This document shows positions 44,740 through 54,232 of a stretch of 64,000 nt of DNA, piece by piece. The stretch comes from Patescibacteria group bacterium (GTDB lineage Bacteria > Patescibacteriota > Patescibacteriia > JACQRZ01), in the NCBI GenBank assembly GCA_038065255.1, contig JBBTRI010000006.1, positions 9,240 to 73,239 on the forward strand, in the 5' to 3' direction. Made by a program: the position numbers and the translations under genes. The notes under the pieces are model-generated. The model was not told the DNA's origin, searched no databases, and saw only the letters and a list, made by a program, of their open reading frames with translations. The number at the start of each line of letters is the position of its first letter. Within the stretch, counting starts at the first letter, position 1.

Positions 44740-46224
44740 ATGACCATCCTTTTTCCTGGCAGGCACCATATTCTTACGTCATTTCAACATGATACACTTA
44801 AGTCGCTTGTGTACCACGGCTGGAAGGGCAAGAAGATACGTCGCATTGTCATTGCTGTCACATCAGCAAACCACGAAAATACCCGCCGCAATCCCTTGCC
44901 GCTCCATCTGCGCACTATGGCAATTCAAGAATGTTTTCGAGATATCGGGTGTGAAGTAAAAATCTATCCAATACCGGATACTGCGCCTACCAATGAATAC
45001 GCCCAGTATCTTCTTTCGCATATTCAGTACCAGGGAGGGCAACTGCTTCGGCCATCGAATACGCTGTTGGCATGCTCGACACCGGATGTCATCCGTTTGT
45101 TTACCAAGCTTGGTTTTAGCCATCATTCCATGGAGCTCGTTTCAGCAGCAACCAATAGCTATTCGGTGTCGCGCCCGTTTGAAGTTATCAATTCTCTCGT
45201 ACAAGCTGGCACAAACTGGAGAAAGGATCAAATATGGCGAATGTATGCCCATCTTTCATCCCAGCAGATTTATGATACGTATAATATTGGTGATCTGATC
45301 GTCGAGCTCTTTTCTGATGCCCTTCTCAATGATGATGCCGATATCACTGAAACGAGGAATTACCAGACGTATGCACTCTCAATGGACTCTGTTATACATA
45401 TCAAATTTCAGGACATCGAACCGTTTATAGTCGAAGGTAAAATTGTTGATGTGGGATGTTCAACCGGTTCATTGGTTCGTTTGCTTGCGAAGCATTTTAA
45501 CGAATCGGATATTATCGGTATCGAAGCAGTACGTCGTTTCTATGAATACTGCCGCTCGCAGGAGTATGATAACCCCTTTGTTTTTTTCTATAGAAGAAAT
45601 ATCACCGACCAAGTATTCAAAGATCACTCCATTAACACGTGTATTTATTCATCCGTTCTTCATGAAGTGTATTCGTATCTTGGTGAAAAACTTCTTCATA
45701 GGGTTCTTCACAACACGTATAAACAGCTTAAAAAAGGAGGGAGAATCATTATCCGAGATGTTGTGGGGCCTGAACACCCCAATTCAACCGTTCTTTTATC
45801 TCTCAATGAAAAAGACGGCAAAGCGAGTGGTGCAATCGGACAGCTTTCAACTTATGCAAAATTTTTCAGATTCGCTGAGGAATTCATTCCACGAAAAATC
45901 AAGTATACTGTCGTAACACGAGGAGGAGTGAGGTATATCAAGCTTCGCTTGCAAGATGCGTATGAATACTTGAGTAAAATGACGTATGTCGACAACTGGA
46001 AAAGCGAACTTCATGAAGAGTTTGGGTTTTATTCGTATACGGGTTGGGTGAAACTTCTTGAGCGAATGGGGTTCCGTATTGTAAATGGCTCAAAAACTTT
46101 TTCTAATGAATATATCATTAAAAACAAGTATGAGCCGCGAGCTACACTCTATGTGGCACAAGGATCATCATTGCGGCAGATCGACTATCCGCCGACAAAT
46201 ATGATACTCGTCGGTGAAAAATAA
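44740..46224 (+). CDS. Fusion protein: NadM-like (archaeal-type NMN adenylyltransferase-like) nucleotidyltransferase domain + class I SAM-dependent methyltransferase domain
   Basis: N-terminus GRHHILTSFQH and VTSANHENTRRNPLPLHLRTMAI ... YPIP resemble NadM GRFQPFHxGH / GSxx...RNP...ER.MI / YPIP; C-terminus VDVGCSTGSLV, IIGIE, IYSSVLHEV, LKKGGRIII MTase motifs. Confidence 0.5.
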   Translation: MTILFPGRHHILTSFQHDTLKSLVYHGWKGKKIRRIVIAVTSANHENTRRNPLPLHLRTMAIQECFRDIGCEVKIYPIPDTAPTNEYAQYLLSHIQYQGGQLLRPSNTLLACSTPDVIRLFTKLGFSHHSMELVSAATNSYSVSRPFEVINSLVQAGTNWRKDQIWRMYAHLSSQQIYDTYNIGDLIVELFSDALLNDDADITETRNYQTYALSMDSVIHIKFQDIEPFIVEGKIVDVGCSTGSLVRLLAKHFNESDIIGIEAVRRFYEYCRSQEYDNPFVFFYRRNITDQVFKDHSINTCIYSSVLHEVYSYLGEKLLHRVLHNTYKQLKKGGRIIIRDVVGPEHPNSTVLLSLNEKDGKASGAIGQLSTYAKFFRFAEEFIPRKIKYTVVTRGGVRYIKLRLQDAYEYLSKMTYVDNWKSELHEEFGFYSYTGWVKLLERMGFRIVNGSKTFSNEYIIKNKYEPRATLYVAQGSSLRQIDYPPTNMILVGEK

Positions 46225-46230
46225 TAATCT

Positions 46231-47130
46231 ATGAAACGCATTGCCATACTTGGAGCAGGGGAGCTTGGAAGCTGTATTGGGAAGCTTCTTCAAAAAAATA
46301 AAAAATTATCAATTGAATGGTGGGATGCCAATCCTCAAAAGGTGCCCAATCAAAAACCTCTCGCAACACTTGTCTCTTGTACAGATTTTTTGTTTCTCTG
46401 TGTACCGTCATGGGTGTTTCGCAAGGCGCTCGAACAGGTGCGGCCGCATCTCAAAAAAACGACCATTGTTGTTTCATTTGCAAAAGGTATTGAGCGGAAA
46501 ACACAGCTCACTATGGATGTGCTTTTGAATGAAGTATTGCATCGAAACCAACCCACTGTTCTTGTGAGTGGACCCATGCTTGCGGAGGAGTTGGAAATGA
46601 ATCTTCCCGCAGGAGGCATTCTTGCTGCAAAAAATAGGCGTGCGTACGAAAGAGTTGCCGCATTATTTGCACATACGCCAATCACATGCTGCTATTCGTC
46701 CGATGTCCGTGGCGTTGCGCTTGCGGGAGTTTTGAAAAATATCTATGCAACGGCTTTGGGTGCAGTTGACGGTTTGGGGTTGGGAATGAATGCAAGAGGG
46801 CTTGTTATTGTGCGAGCGGCAGATGAAATGGCGCGGATACTTCCTTTGCTTGGCGGCAAGGCTGCAACAACTTATTCATTGGCAGGTATCGGCGATTTGA
46901 TTGCAACCGGTTCAAGTAACTATTCGAAAAATTACAGTGTCGGTAAAGAACTTGCTCTGTCCGGCGTGTGCGGTATTGAAAGTGAAGGAAAATCTTCCAT
47001 TGCAGCATTTGAATCGATGCTTGGCGGCAAGGCAGCAACATTCAAGCTGTTTCAAGTTGTCAAAGCTATTTTGTCATGCAAAAAAGACGCCCGCTCAGCA
47101 TTAAGCCGTTATTTTAAGAAATGTGAATAA
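46231..47130 (+). CDS. gpsA: NAD(P)H-dependent glycerol-3-phosphate dehydrogenase
   Basis: N-terminal ILGAGELGS Rossmann motif; GVLKNIYATALGAVDGLGLGMNARG. Confidence 0.7.
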   Translation: MKRIAILGAGELGSCIGKLLQKNKKLSIEWWDANPQKVPNQKPLATLVSCTDFLFLCVPSWVFRKALEQVRPHLKKTTIVVSFAKGIERKTQLTMDVLLNEVLHRNQPTVLVSGPMLAEELEMNLPAGGILAAKNRRAYERVAALFAHTPITCCYSSDVRGVALAGVLKNIYATALGAVDGLGLGMNARGLVIVRAADEMARILPLLGGKAATTYSLAGIGDLIATGSSNYSKNYSVGKELALSGVCGIESEGKSSIAAFESMLGGKAATFKLFQVVKAILSCKKDARSALSRYFKKCE

Positions 47131-48283
47131 TCAAACCGCTGCACTCGTGCTTGATGTTGGCACATCGAGTATCAAGGCATTTGTATTTGATCAGACATAT
47201 CAGTGTTTGGCTCAAAGCGAACGAAAGCTATCAATATGTCATCCAAAACGTGCACATGTTGAGCAAAATCCAAAGGAACTTTTACGCTTGAGCGCCACAG
47301 TTCTTAAAACAGCTGTACGTTTATCGGGTATTCATCCATCGCGCATGGTGATGGGAATTACGAATCAGCGAGAAACAACCATTCTATGGGATGCCAAGAC
47401 TGGTAAGTCGGTCTATCCAGCAATTGTATGGCAGGATAGGCGAACGGAAAAACAATGCTATTCGCTCAAACGCCATGCATCTGATGTCCGTTCAAGAACG
47501 GGCCTTGTGCTTTCTTCTTATTTTTCGGCATCCAAAATAGCATGGGTACTTAGAAATGTTCCAAAAGCTCAGACTCTCATACGTCAAAATCGCCTACTGT
47601 TTGGCACTGTTGATTCCTGGCTGCTATGGAACTTTGTGGAAGGCAGGCCTCATCTGACAGATTTCACTAATGCAGCACGAACATTGCTTTTTAATATTCA
47701 GACGCTTTTCTGGGATACAAAACTTCTCGGTATATTCGGTGTGCCGCGAGAGCTTATGCCAAAGGTTGTTCCATCGCAGTACGAGTATGGCAGAGTAAAA
47801 AAAGAAATTCTTGGGTATTCTATTCCACTTCTCGCTGTATGTGGAGACCAGCAATCTGGTATGGCGGCAGCTGGCAGTAAAAAAGGTACAACGAAAGTAA
47901 CATATGGCACTGGTACGTTTGTGATGCAATCTCTCGGTACGATATTTGCAGCTCAAAAGAATTTTTTTACCACGCTCATACCCAATCATGGTACGCCGTA
48001 TTATGCACTCGAGGCAAAGATTGACGTTGGAGGCAAGGAAGTTGAACGGGCGCTCCATAGTAAAAAGAAGCTTATTGCACAGCTTACACGCATTGCATGC
48101 TTAGTGGATAAACGTCTTAAAGAATTACCCTTACAGCCACGCGTACTTGTGATAGACGGGGGTGTAACGCGGGATGGGCTCATGAAAACTATCCAGGAGC
48201 AGGTTTCGGGAATCCCCATACAGCCACTCTCGACGTTTCATGGCACAGCTCTTGGTATAGCAAAACTCCTTCTTGACAGGTAG
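47123..48283 (+). CDS. FGGY-family carbohydrate kinase, glycerol-kinase-like (short)
   Basis: ITNQRETTILWDAKTGKSVYPAIVWQDRRTE, GTVDSWLLWN, GDQQSGMAAAG, TYGTGTF. Confidence 0.7.
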   Translation: MNNQTAALVLDVGTSSIKAFVFDQTYQCLAQSERKLSICHPKRAHVEQNPKELLRLSATVLKTAVRLSGIHPSRMVMGITNQRETTILWDAKTGKSVYPAIVWQDRRTEKQCYSLKRHASDVRSRTGLVLSSYFSASKIAWVLRNVPKAQTLIRQNRLLFGTVDSWLLWNFVEGRPHLTDFTNAARTLLFNIQTLFWDTKLLGIFGVPRELMPKVVPSQYEYGRVKKEILGYSIPLLAVCGDQQSGMAAAGSKKGTTKVTYGTGTFVMQSLGTIFAAQKNFFTTLIPNHGTPYYALEAKIDVGGKEVERALHSKKKLIAQLTRIACLVDKRLKELPLQPRVLVIDGGVTRDGLMKTIQEQVSGIPIQPLSTFHGTALGIAKLLLDR

Positions 48284-48352
48284 TTTTGTCTTTCCATAAA
48301 CATTGGTAGTATAGTAGTGAGATAACAGAACCAAAATAACTATGAGCACCAT

Positions 48353-49915
48353 ATGAAATACCTTTTTTTAACGCTATCAATAATGTTTGCATTTGCATGT
48401 GCTCATACTGCCAATGCCGCACAGCTCAAAGACACGTTTAGCGGACGCATCCTTTTGCAGGTCCAGGAAAAAGGCAAAGCATGGTATATTGATCCGCTTA
48501 CGCGGACGCGAGCGTATCTTGGAAAACCTTCAGATGCTTTTCGCGTGATGAGGGAGTTGGGTTTGGGTATTTCGAATGCCAATTTGGAAAAGATTTCGGC
48601 ATCGGAAGATAGTGCGGTTCGTAATCGCTCATTTGCGTTGAAATTTGCAGGACGTATTTTGCTGCAAGTCGAAGAACATGGCGAGGCATGGTATGTGAAC
48701 CCCATTGATCTAAAGCGATATTTTCTTGGGCGCCCCTCTGATGCATTTACTGTCATGAGGGGACAGGGTTTGGGTATTTCAAACGATAATATTAATAAAA
48801 TTGCACCATCCCAAAAGTATGCGGATCCGGAACAGCCCGCAATGTCGGAATCCGCGAGTGTGCCATCCTCTCCAGTAAAAGAGCAGCTCCAGCAGCAAAA
48901 ACCGCAATTTAAAGAACCACCGGCATTTACGAATATCAGCGGTTCATACCGCTGTTGGAGCTATAATGTGAGTGGTGGCGGTGGGGGAGACTGCAGGCTT
49001 TTTGCACCCATTGTACTCAATAAGGATGGCACGTATTCAGTCTCGAGCGAAAAAGGGACCTATTCTGTAAGTGGAGATATTCTAACCCTCTCCGAGTCAA
49101 AGCTGCGCGGACCAGGCAAATTAATCGGCGGTACCCAGATACGCTTTGAATATGATTACAACAACTGGCACCATGTGGTTACGTATCTCAAAGAGGGCGG
49201 GACAACTGCCGTATCGTCAGATGGAGCGGTGTCGGAGGTGCCAGTGCAGATTACACTCGAATATCCAGAGAAAGATAGTGCGCTGAATTCCATCGTTACA
49301 ATGGAATTGGTGTTCGAAGGGCAGGATGTGAAAAAAGCAAGCTACAAGCCAACAGCAATTGCAGTGTGGGACGGCGACCGGCGCGTTACCGCTTCATTTC
49401 ACAAGGCAACAAGTACGCCTCAAACAGGAAAAAAATATGATGTGTATGCAAACTGGGGAACGGAAAGTACAAAAATGGGACAGATTGACTTAACAAATGC
49501 AAAAACGCAAGTGGTGACTGCCATTAAAGTTCTGAAAGCCGGCGGGACGAGCGTTGAGCAAAAAGAAGAAGCGCCTTCACCAGCGCCCGAGATTGTTGTC
49601 GAGATCGACCTCATTTACCCAGGTCGTGACAGCAGTCTTGGTTCGATTCAAACCGTTACGCTTGTGCCACAAGGACAGGATCCGACAACCGCTGTGTATA
49701 AACCCATGGCTCTTGCGATCTGGGATGGCGATCGCGCCATTGTCGGATCGTTTCATAAGGCAACCAATCAAGTCAAAATAAAAGCAGTATATGACGTGTA
49801 TGCTGATTGGGGTGCCTTTGGCGGATATGTGAAATCCGGCATACTTGATTTAACCAATACAACTGCAGGGCCGATCACTAAGCAGATTCAAACAACCATT
49901 TCAGGAACACAATAA
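48353..49915 (+). CDS. Secreted protein with two pairs of internal repeats, hypothetical
   Basis: Signal peptide; tandem about 55-aa repeats (GRILLQV.E.G.AWY..P......LG.PSDAF.VMR..GLGISN.N..KI) and a second about 70-aa repeat pair (YP..DS.L.SI.TV.LV..GQD......YKP.A.A.WDGDR...SFHKAT). Confidence 0.5.
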   Translation: MKYLFLTLSIMFAFACAHTANAAQLKDTFSGRILLQVQEKGKAWYIDPLTRTRAYLGKPSDAFRVMRELGLGISNANLEKISASEDSAVRNRSFALKFAGRILLQVEEHGEAWYVNPIDLKRYFLGRPSDAFTVMRGQGLGISNDNINKIAPSQKYADPEQPAMSESASVPSSPVKEQLQQQKPQFKEPPAFTNISGSYRCWSYNVSGGGGGDCRLFAPIVLNKDGTYSVSSEKGTYSVSGDILTLSESKLRGPGKLIGGTQIRFEYDYNNWHHVVTYLKEGGTTAVSSDGAVSEVPVQITLEYPEKDSALNSIVTMELVFEGQDVKKASYKPTAIAVWDGDRRVTASFHKATSTPQTGKKYDVYANWGTESTKMGQIDLTNAKTQVVTAIKVLKAGGTSVEQKEEAPSPAPEIVVEIDLIYPGRDSSLGSIQTVTLVPQGQDPTTAVYKPMALAIWDGDRAIVGSFHKATNQVKIKAVYDVYADWGAFGGYVKSGILDLTNTTAGPITKQIQTTISGTQ

Positions 49916-49917
49916 TT

Positions 49918-51432
49918 ATGCAAAAAACACTACTACGAATCGGCATTCCGGGAGTGCTTATTGTAGGGATTCTTTTGGGAGCGATGCCGAGTAGGATAGA
50001 TGCTGTAGCTAATACAGCTCGCGATATAAAACCCGAAGCATCGATAATGCTTATTGACCCTCCTGTTGCTACAGCAAATGTCATATCAATTGCAGTGAGA
50101 GGGCTTGACTGGGGACCATATTCGGAGCGGCAAAATCCAAAGGCATGGTTTGTTGATCCTGATGATACTACTATGTACGAACTTACAATTGCGCGGAATT
50201 ATCGTGATTGTACGCTTACATTGGCAATGCGTGGCGAGTGTTCCGATGACCAGCTTTTTTTGCGGCTCGAGATTCCTCAGGATGTGAGACTAAAACTAAC
50301 ACCCAAAATGTATGGACTGTATGTTGCAACAGAAAAAATGATAAACGCAATGGGGCAGTTTACTCTCGTTGCAAATCCTCTTCAAAAAAACATATCAGAA
50401 CCAACACTAGCTCTTTCGCCCGTGAAGGGTCCCACGGGTACTTATGTCATGCTGTTTGGTGCGGGTTTCACAGCAAAAGAAGGGCTTAATGTGCGTTTTG
50501 ACCGGGTAAAGGTATCGGTTGGGGGATATTTGGCGCCAGAAGATGATGGTACATTTGAAAATATTGGCATAACCATTCCTTCGATGATCGAACGGGACAA
50601 CGCAAAAATTACCATTATGCCCGGCACCCATACTATTGATGTTGTGAATAATAATCCTACAAATCCCCGCTCTGCTGCGGCGCAGTTTATGGTACAAGAA
50701 AAAATTGAATACGGCACTGGTGAAAAAAAAGATCAGAAAGAACTGAATCAGATAGAAAAAGACCGCAAAAAACAAGAGCAAATAGATAAAGAGCAAAAGA
50801 AACTCGAAGATGACCAAAAGAAACTCGAAGATGAGAAAGCAAAAAAAGAGAAAGAGCGAACAGAGCTTCAAAAACAACTTGCCGAACGCAAACTTAAGCG
50901 CGAACAAGAAGAGCTTCAAAAAAAACTAAAAGAAAATGAACGCAAACAGAAAGAACAAGAAAAAAAATTAAATGACATTGCTAAAAAACAAGACGGGCTC
51001 GAAAAGCGTGAAGATTCCCTTAAAACATGGTTTTGTGATCCTGAGCTTCCTCTGACATTTCAGTCTGGGTGTACCCCTCTTAAAAAAATACCGGTCAAAA
51101 GTCCATACGAAGGCAGGCCATGCAGTGCGGATATGCCCATTACATTTCAGCCGGGATGCATAGGGCAGATTTCTGCACTGCAAAAGAATTTATTTACTGG
51201 TAGGGCATGCTCAAGCGATATTCCTCTCGTATGGCAGGATGGGTGTGTTCAGCCTCCTCGGCAGGAAATGAGGGGAGAGTATGAAGGTAAGTCCTGTGAT
51301 CCATCAAGAGCTATTACATTTCAACCTGGATGCATTCCACCGCCCCCTAAACAACCTTTAGTGGAGTCTTTTGCGGGGAAGAAATGCAATCCGTACATTC
51401 CCCATTATTCTCAAATAGGATGCATCGAATAA
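49918..51432 (+). CDS. Secreted protein with Lys/Glu-rich coiled coil and C-terminal Cys-rich tandem repeats, hypothetical
   Basis: Signal/anchor; EKDRKKQEQIDKEQKKLEDDQKKLEDEKAKKEKE; 5 repeats of C-x3-5-P-[IL]-x-[FW]-Q-x-G-C. Confidence 0.5.
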   Translation: MQKTLLRIGIPGVLIVGILLGAMPSRIDAVANTARDIKPEASIMLIDPPVATANVISIAVRGLDWGPYSERQNPKAWFVDPDDTTMYELTIARNYRDCTLTLAMRGECSDDQLFLRLEIPQDVRLKLTPKMYGLYVATEKMINAMGQFTLVANPLQKNISEPTLALSPVKGPTGTYVMLFGAGFTAKEGLNVRFDRVKVSVGGYLAPEDDGTFENIGITIPSMIERDNAKITIMPGTHTIDVVNNNPTNPRSAAAQFMVQEKIEYGTGEKKDQKELNQIEKDRKKQEQIDKEQKKLEDDQKKLEDEKAKKEKERTELQKQLAERKLKREQEELQKKLKENERKQKEQEKKLNDIAKKQDGLEKREDSLKTWFCDPELPLTFQSGCTPLKKIPVKSPYEGRPCSADMPITFQPGCIGQISALQKNLFTGRACSSDIPLVWQDGCVQPPRQEMRGEYEGKSCDPSRAITFQPGCIPPPPKQPLVESFAGKKCNPYIPHYSQIGCIE

Positions 51433-51435
51433 TCT

Positions 51436-51888
51436 ATGCCATGCACAAAACAAAAGGGAGATATTACTAAAGTGAAGGCTGATGTCATCATAAATGCTGC
51501 AAATACGGAGCTCAATCACATCGGCGGTGTTGCGCAAGCTATTTCATTGGCTGCTGGCCCTGCACTTAGTGAAGAATGCAAGGATCAGGGATTTATTCCG
51601 TTGGGTGGGTATGTTGCCACCACAGCAGGAAACTTAAAAGCAGATATCGTTATTCATATTCCTACGATCGATTACCAGGCAGACGGAAAAATTATTGGGT
51701 ATGACCAGCTCCGTTCTGTTTGGCATGATGTATTAGATTATTGCGAGCAGGAAGGATTCCAATCCATAGCAGTGCCAATGCTCGGTGCGGGCGCATGTGG
51801 GATGGATGCAAAACGTATAGAAATTATACTTTCTAACGAAGCAAAGAAATATTCATCGCTCAATGTGATTATTGTCGTTAAGGGATAA
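51436..51888 (+). CDS. Macro-domain (ADP-ribose-binding/processing) protein
   Basis: ADVIINAANTELNHIGGVAQAISLAAG macro-domain motif; start 4 nt after the previous stop. Confidence 0.7.
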   Translation: MPCTKQKGDITKVKADVIINAANTELNHIGGVAQAISLAAGPALSEECKDQGFIPLGGYVATTAGNLKADIVIHIPTIDYQADGKIIGYDQLRSVWHDVLDYCEQEGFQSIAVPMLGAGACGMDAKRIEIILSNEAKKYSSLNVIIVVKG

Positions 51889-51896
51889 AAAAATGA

Positions 51897-51927
51897 GTCC
51901 GCTTCGGACTCATTTTTATACTATTCT
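51897..51927. terminator. Bidirectional intrinsic terminator
   Basis: aaaaaatgagtccg-ctt-cggactcattttt perfect hairpin flanked by A- and T-tracts between convergent genes. Confidence 0.6.
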
Positions 51928-52454
51928 TATTTTTTTGTAGTGGGTGCTGTTTTTTCTGTTTTCTCATCTGGTTTCTCGCCATCCGTGCTTTCGGTTGTTT
52001 CTTCATCGGCTTGGCTTGCCTTTTCAAGGCAGGAATTTGAAACATCATTGCATGCTTTCAGAAGCTGTGCGCTTACAGAATCGAGCTGTCGTTGGAGTTT
52101 GTCGATCTTTGCTTCCAGCGCTTGTACGTTTGATCCGACAGTTGCAATAGTCGGTTCTGTTTTTTTGCTTGCTGCGAGCGAACTGAGGCTTAATCCGAAC
52201 GAGAGGACAAGAAGTGCTCCAAGTCCCAAAAGTACTGCATGTGTATTTGTATGAATCTTGCATTGGATTTGCTGCTGTTCCTTGTTTTGGGGAGGCTGTG
52301 CTGTTTTGGGTAATGGCTGCGATAGGTTGGTTGCAGCTTTCTTGGTTGCGCGTGGTGGCATAAGCATGGTAGCGAAATGAATAATGTAATCCACAGTATA
52401 GCATCTGGCAAAAAAGGTGACAATATCTTCCTGTGCATATTCTGTTACTAACAT
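51927..52454 (-). CDS. Hypothetical membrane-anchored coiled-coil protein with basic N-terminus
   Basis: TM helix AVLLGLGALLVLSFGLSL, then coiled-coil region; the start may be the internal MLMPPRA Met. Confidence 0.35.
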   Translation of the reverse strand: MLVTEYAQEDIVTFFARCYTVDYIIHFATMLMPPRATKKAATNLSQPLPKTAQPPQNKEQQQIQCKIHTNTHAVLLGLGALLVLSFGLSLSSLAASKKTEPTIATVGSNVQALEAKIDKLQRQLDSVSAQLLKACNDVSNSCLEKASQADEETTESTDGEKPDEKTEKTAPTTKK

Positions 52455-52503
52455 TCAATAGAGCTCTTTTTCTTTTGGTGTATTGTGGTAGGATAGTCGA
52501 GAT

Positions 52504-54222
52504 ATGAAAAGCGATAACGTACAATCCGGTGCACGCATTCTTCATGACGCGCTTGTACATGAAGGTGTTACGGTACTATTTGGCTATCCGGGTTCTGACA
52601 TGCTGCCTTTTTATGATGAGCTGTATCATAGCAGCACTATTCGCCACATTCTTGTGCGTCATGAACAAGCTGCGGCGCACGCGGCGGATGGATATGCTCG
52701 CAGTAGCGGAGTGCCGGGTGTATGTATGGCAACATCAGGACCCGGATCGACAAATCTTATCACCGGGATTGCTGCGGCGTATGCGGATTCCATACCTTTG
52801 GTGGCGCTGACGTTTAATGCTTCTTCTGAATATCTTGGTAAAGGGGTATTTCAAGAAGTGGACATGATCAGTATTACCAACACTATTACCAAAAAGAATT
52901 GGCGCATTCGTTCTGTTGAAGAAATTCCCGCAATTATACATCAGGCATTTTACGAATCGCAGAAATATCCCCAAGGCCCCGTACTCATAGATATTCCTTC
53001 AGATATTATTCGAAAAAACGCATTAGGGAATGTTGAGCTAGAGACTATGAATGATCAAGGAGGCAGGCAATCACTTTCCGATGTAGAACGTGCAGCTTTT
53101 TTTTCTCTTCTTTCCCAAGCAAAGCGCCCGGTGTTTATTGCCGGAAGTGGCATAGTGCAATCGCAATCACACGTGATGTTCAGGAATCTTGTTGAGCGCT
53201 TGAATGTTCCTGTTGCCTCAACTGTTTCAGGGGTTGGAAGTATTTCCGAACATCATCCGCTTGCCTTGGAAGTTCTGGGTGTATTGGGAACGCCCTATGC
53301 TAATTCAGCATTACAGAAAGCAGATTGTATTGTCGCGTGGGGCATGCATTTTGAACCGCGCTCAACTGCTCGATTGGAGTATTTTGCTCCCAATGCAAAG
53401 ATTATCCAAATTGATATCAATCATAAAGCCTGCGGACTTTTTGTTCAGCCAACGCTTTGTTTGTCCGGAGATGTGAGTGCTATCATTAGCGACATGCTTG
53501 ACGATGAGCGCTCGCGTGCCTATAGAGCTCCCACGGAATGGATTGAACAAATTGCGCTTTGGAAACATTCATGCGCATTGCGCTCTGATGCGGCACCATC
53601 CGGCATTCAACCCTCGTTCATTATGGAAACACTGGAGCGAATAGTTCCGAATATCAGAATTTTTGCGGGCAACGGGCTTCACAAGTATTGGGCGCTTCGC
53701 CATTTTACCTACACCTATCCTCGGCAGTTTAATACTAATTCACGTTTTGGCGCTATGGGGTTTGCATTGCCTGGCGCAATCGGGGCAAGTATTGCATTGG
53801 ATGAACCGATTGTGGTCGTAACGGGGGATGGCGATATTCAAATGAATATACAAGAGTTGGCAACACTTGCTGATCTTAGTACTCCCGTGAAAATACTTGT
53901 GTTTAATAACGGATCACTGGGAGCTATTCGGCAACATCAGCATTTTTCATACGGTAAGAGATTTATTGGAAGTACTTTTGACAAGCCGCTTGCCATTGCC
54001 GAGATTGCGCAGAGCTATGGTATTCGTTCGGAAACGGTAGGTACGCATGAGTATATTCAGCCAGCTCTAGAGCGAGCACTTCACCATCCCGGTCCCTATC
54101 TTATTAATTTCGTGCTGCATCCCGATACCTATCTTGAGAAAAAAATTTCAATCAATGAGTCGCTTGATGCGCTTATTTGTCCTGTTGAACCGATTATTGA
54201 CACTCGGCATGATCTGGCGTAG
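52504..54222 (+). CDS. Thiamine-pyrophosphate-dependent enzyme (acetolactate synthase large subunit-like)
   Basis: GYPGSDMLPFYDEL, TSGPGSTNL, TPP motif GDGDIQMNIQELAT. Confidence 0.75.
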   Translation: MKSDNVQSGARILHDALVHEGVTVLFGYPGSDMLPFYDELYHSSTIRHILVRHEQAAAHAADGYARSSGVPGVCMATSGPGSTNLITGIAAAYADSIPLVALTFNASSEYLGKGVFQEVDMISITNTITKKNWRIRSVEEIPAIIHQAFYESQKYPQGPVLIDIPSDIIRKNALGNVELETMNDQGGRQSLSDVERAAFFSLLSQAKRPVFIAGSGIVQSQSHVMFRNLVERLNVPVASTVSGVGSISEHHPLALEVLGVLGTPYANSALQKADCIVAWGMHFEPRSTARLEYFAPNAKIIQIDINHKACGLFVQPTLCLSGDVSAIISDMLDDERSRAYRAPTEWIEQIALWKHSCALRSDAAPSGIQPSFIMETLERIVPNIRIFAGNGLHKYWALRHFTYTYPRQFNTNSRFGAMGFALPGAIGASIALDEPIVVVTGDGDIQMNIQELATLADLSTPVKILVFNNGSLGAIRQHQHFSYGKRFIGSTFDKPLAIAEIAQSYGIRSETVGTHEYIQPALERALHHPGPYLINFVLHPDTYLEKKISINESLDALICPVEPIIDTRHDLA

Positions 54223-54232
54223 AGTCGACAGT

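Noticed and set aside
50407-50919. 170-aa Phe/Leu-rich minus-strand ORF
   Set aside because: It is the complement of the AAA/GAA-rich coiled-coil coding region of the 49918 gene, so the poly-K/E codons read as F/L on the other strand. This is an artefact.
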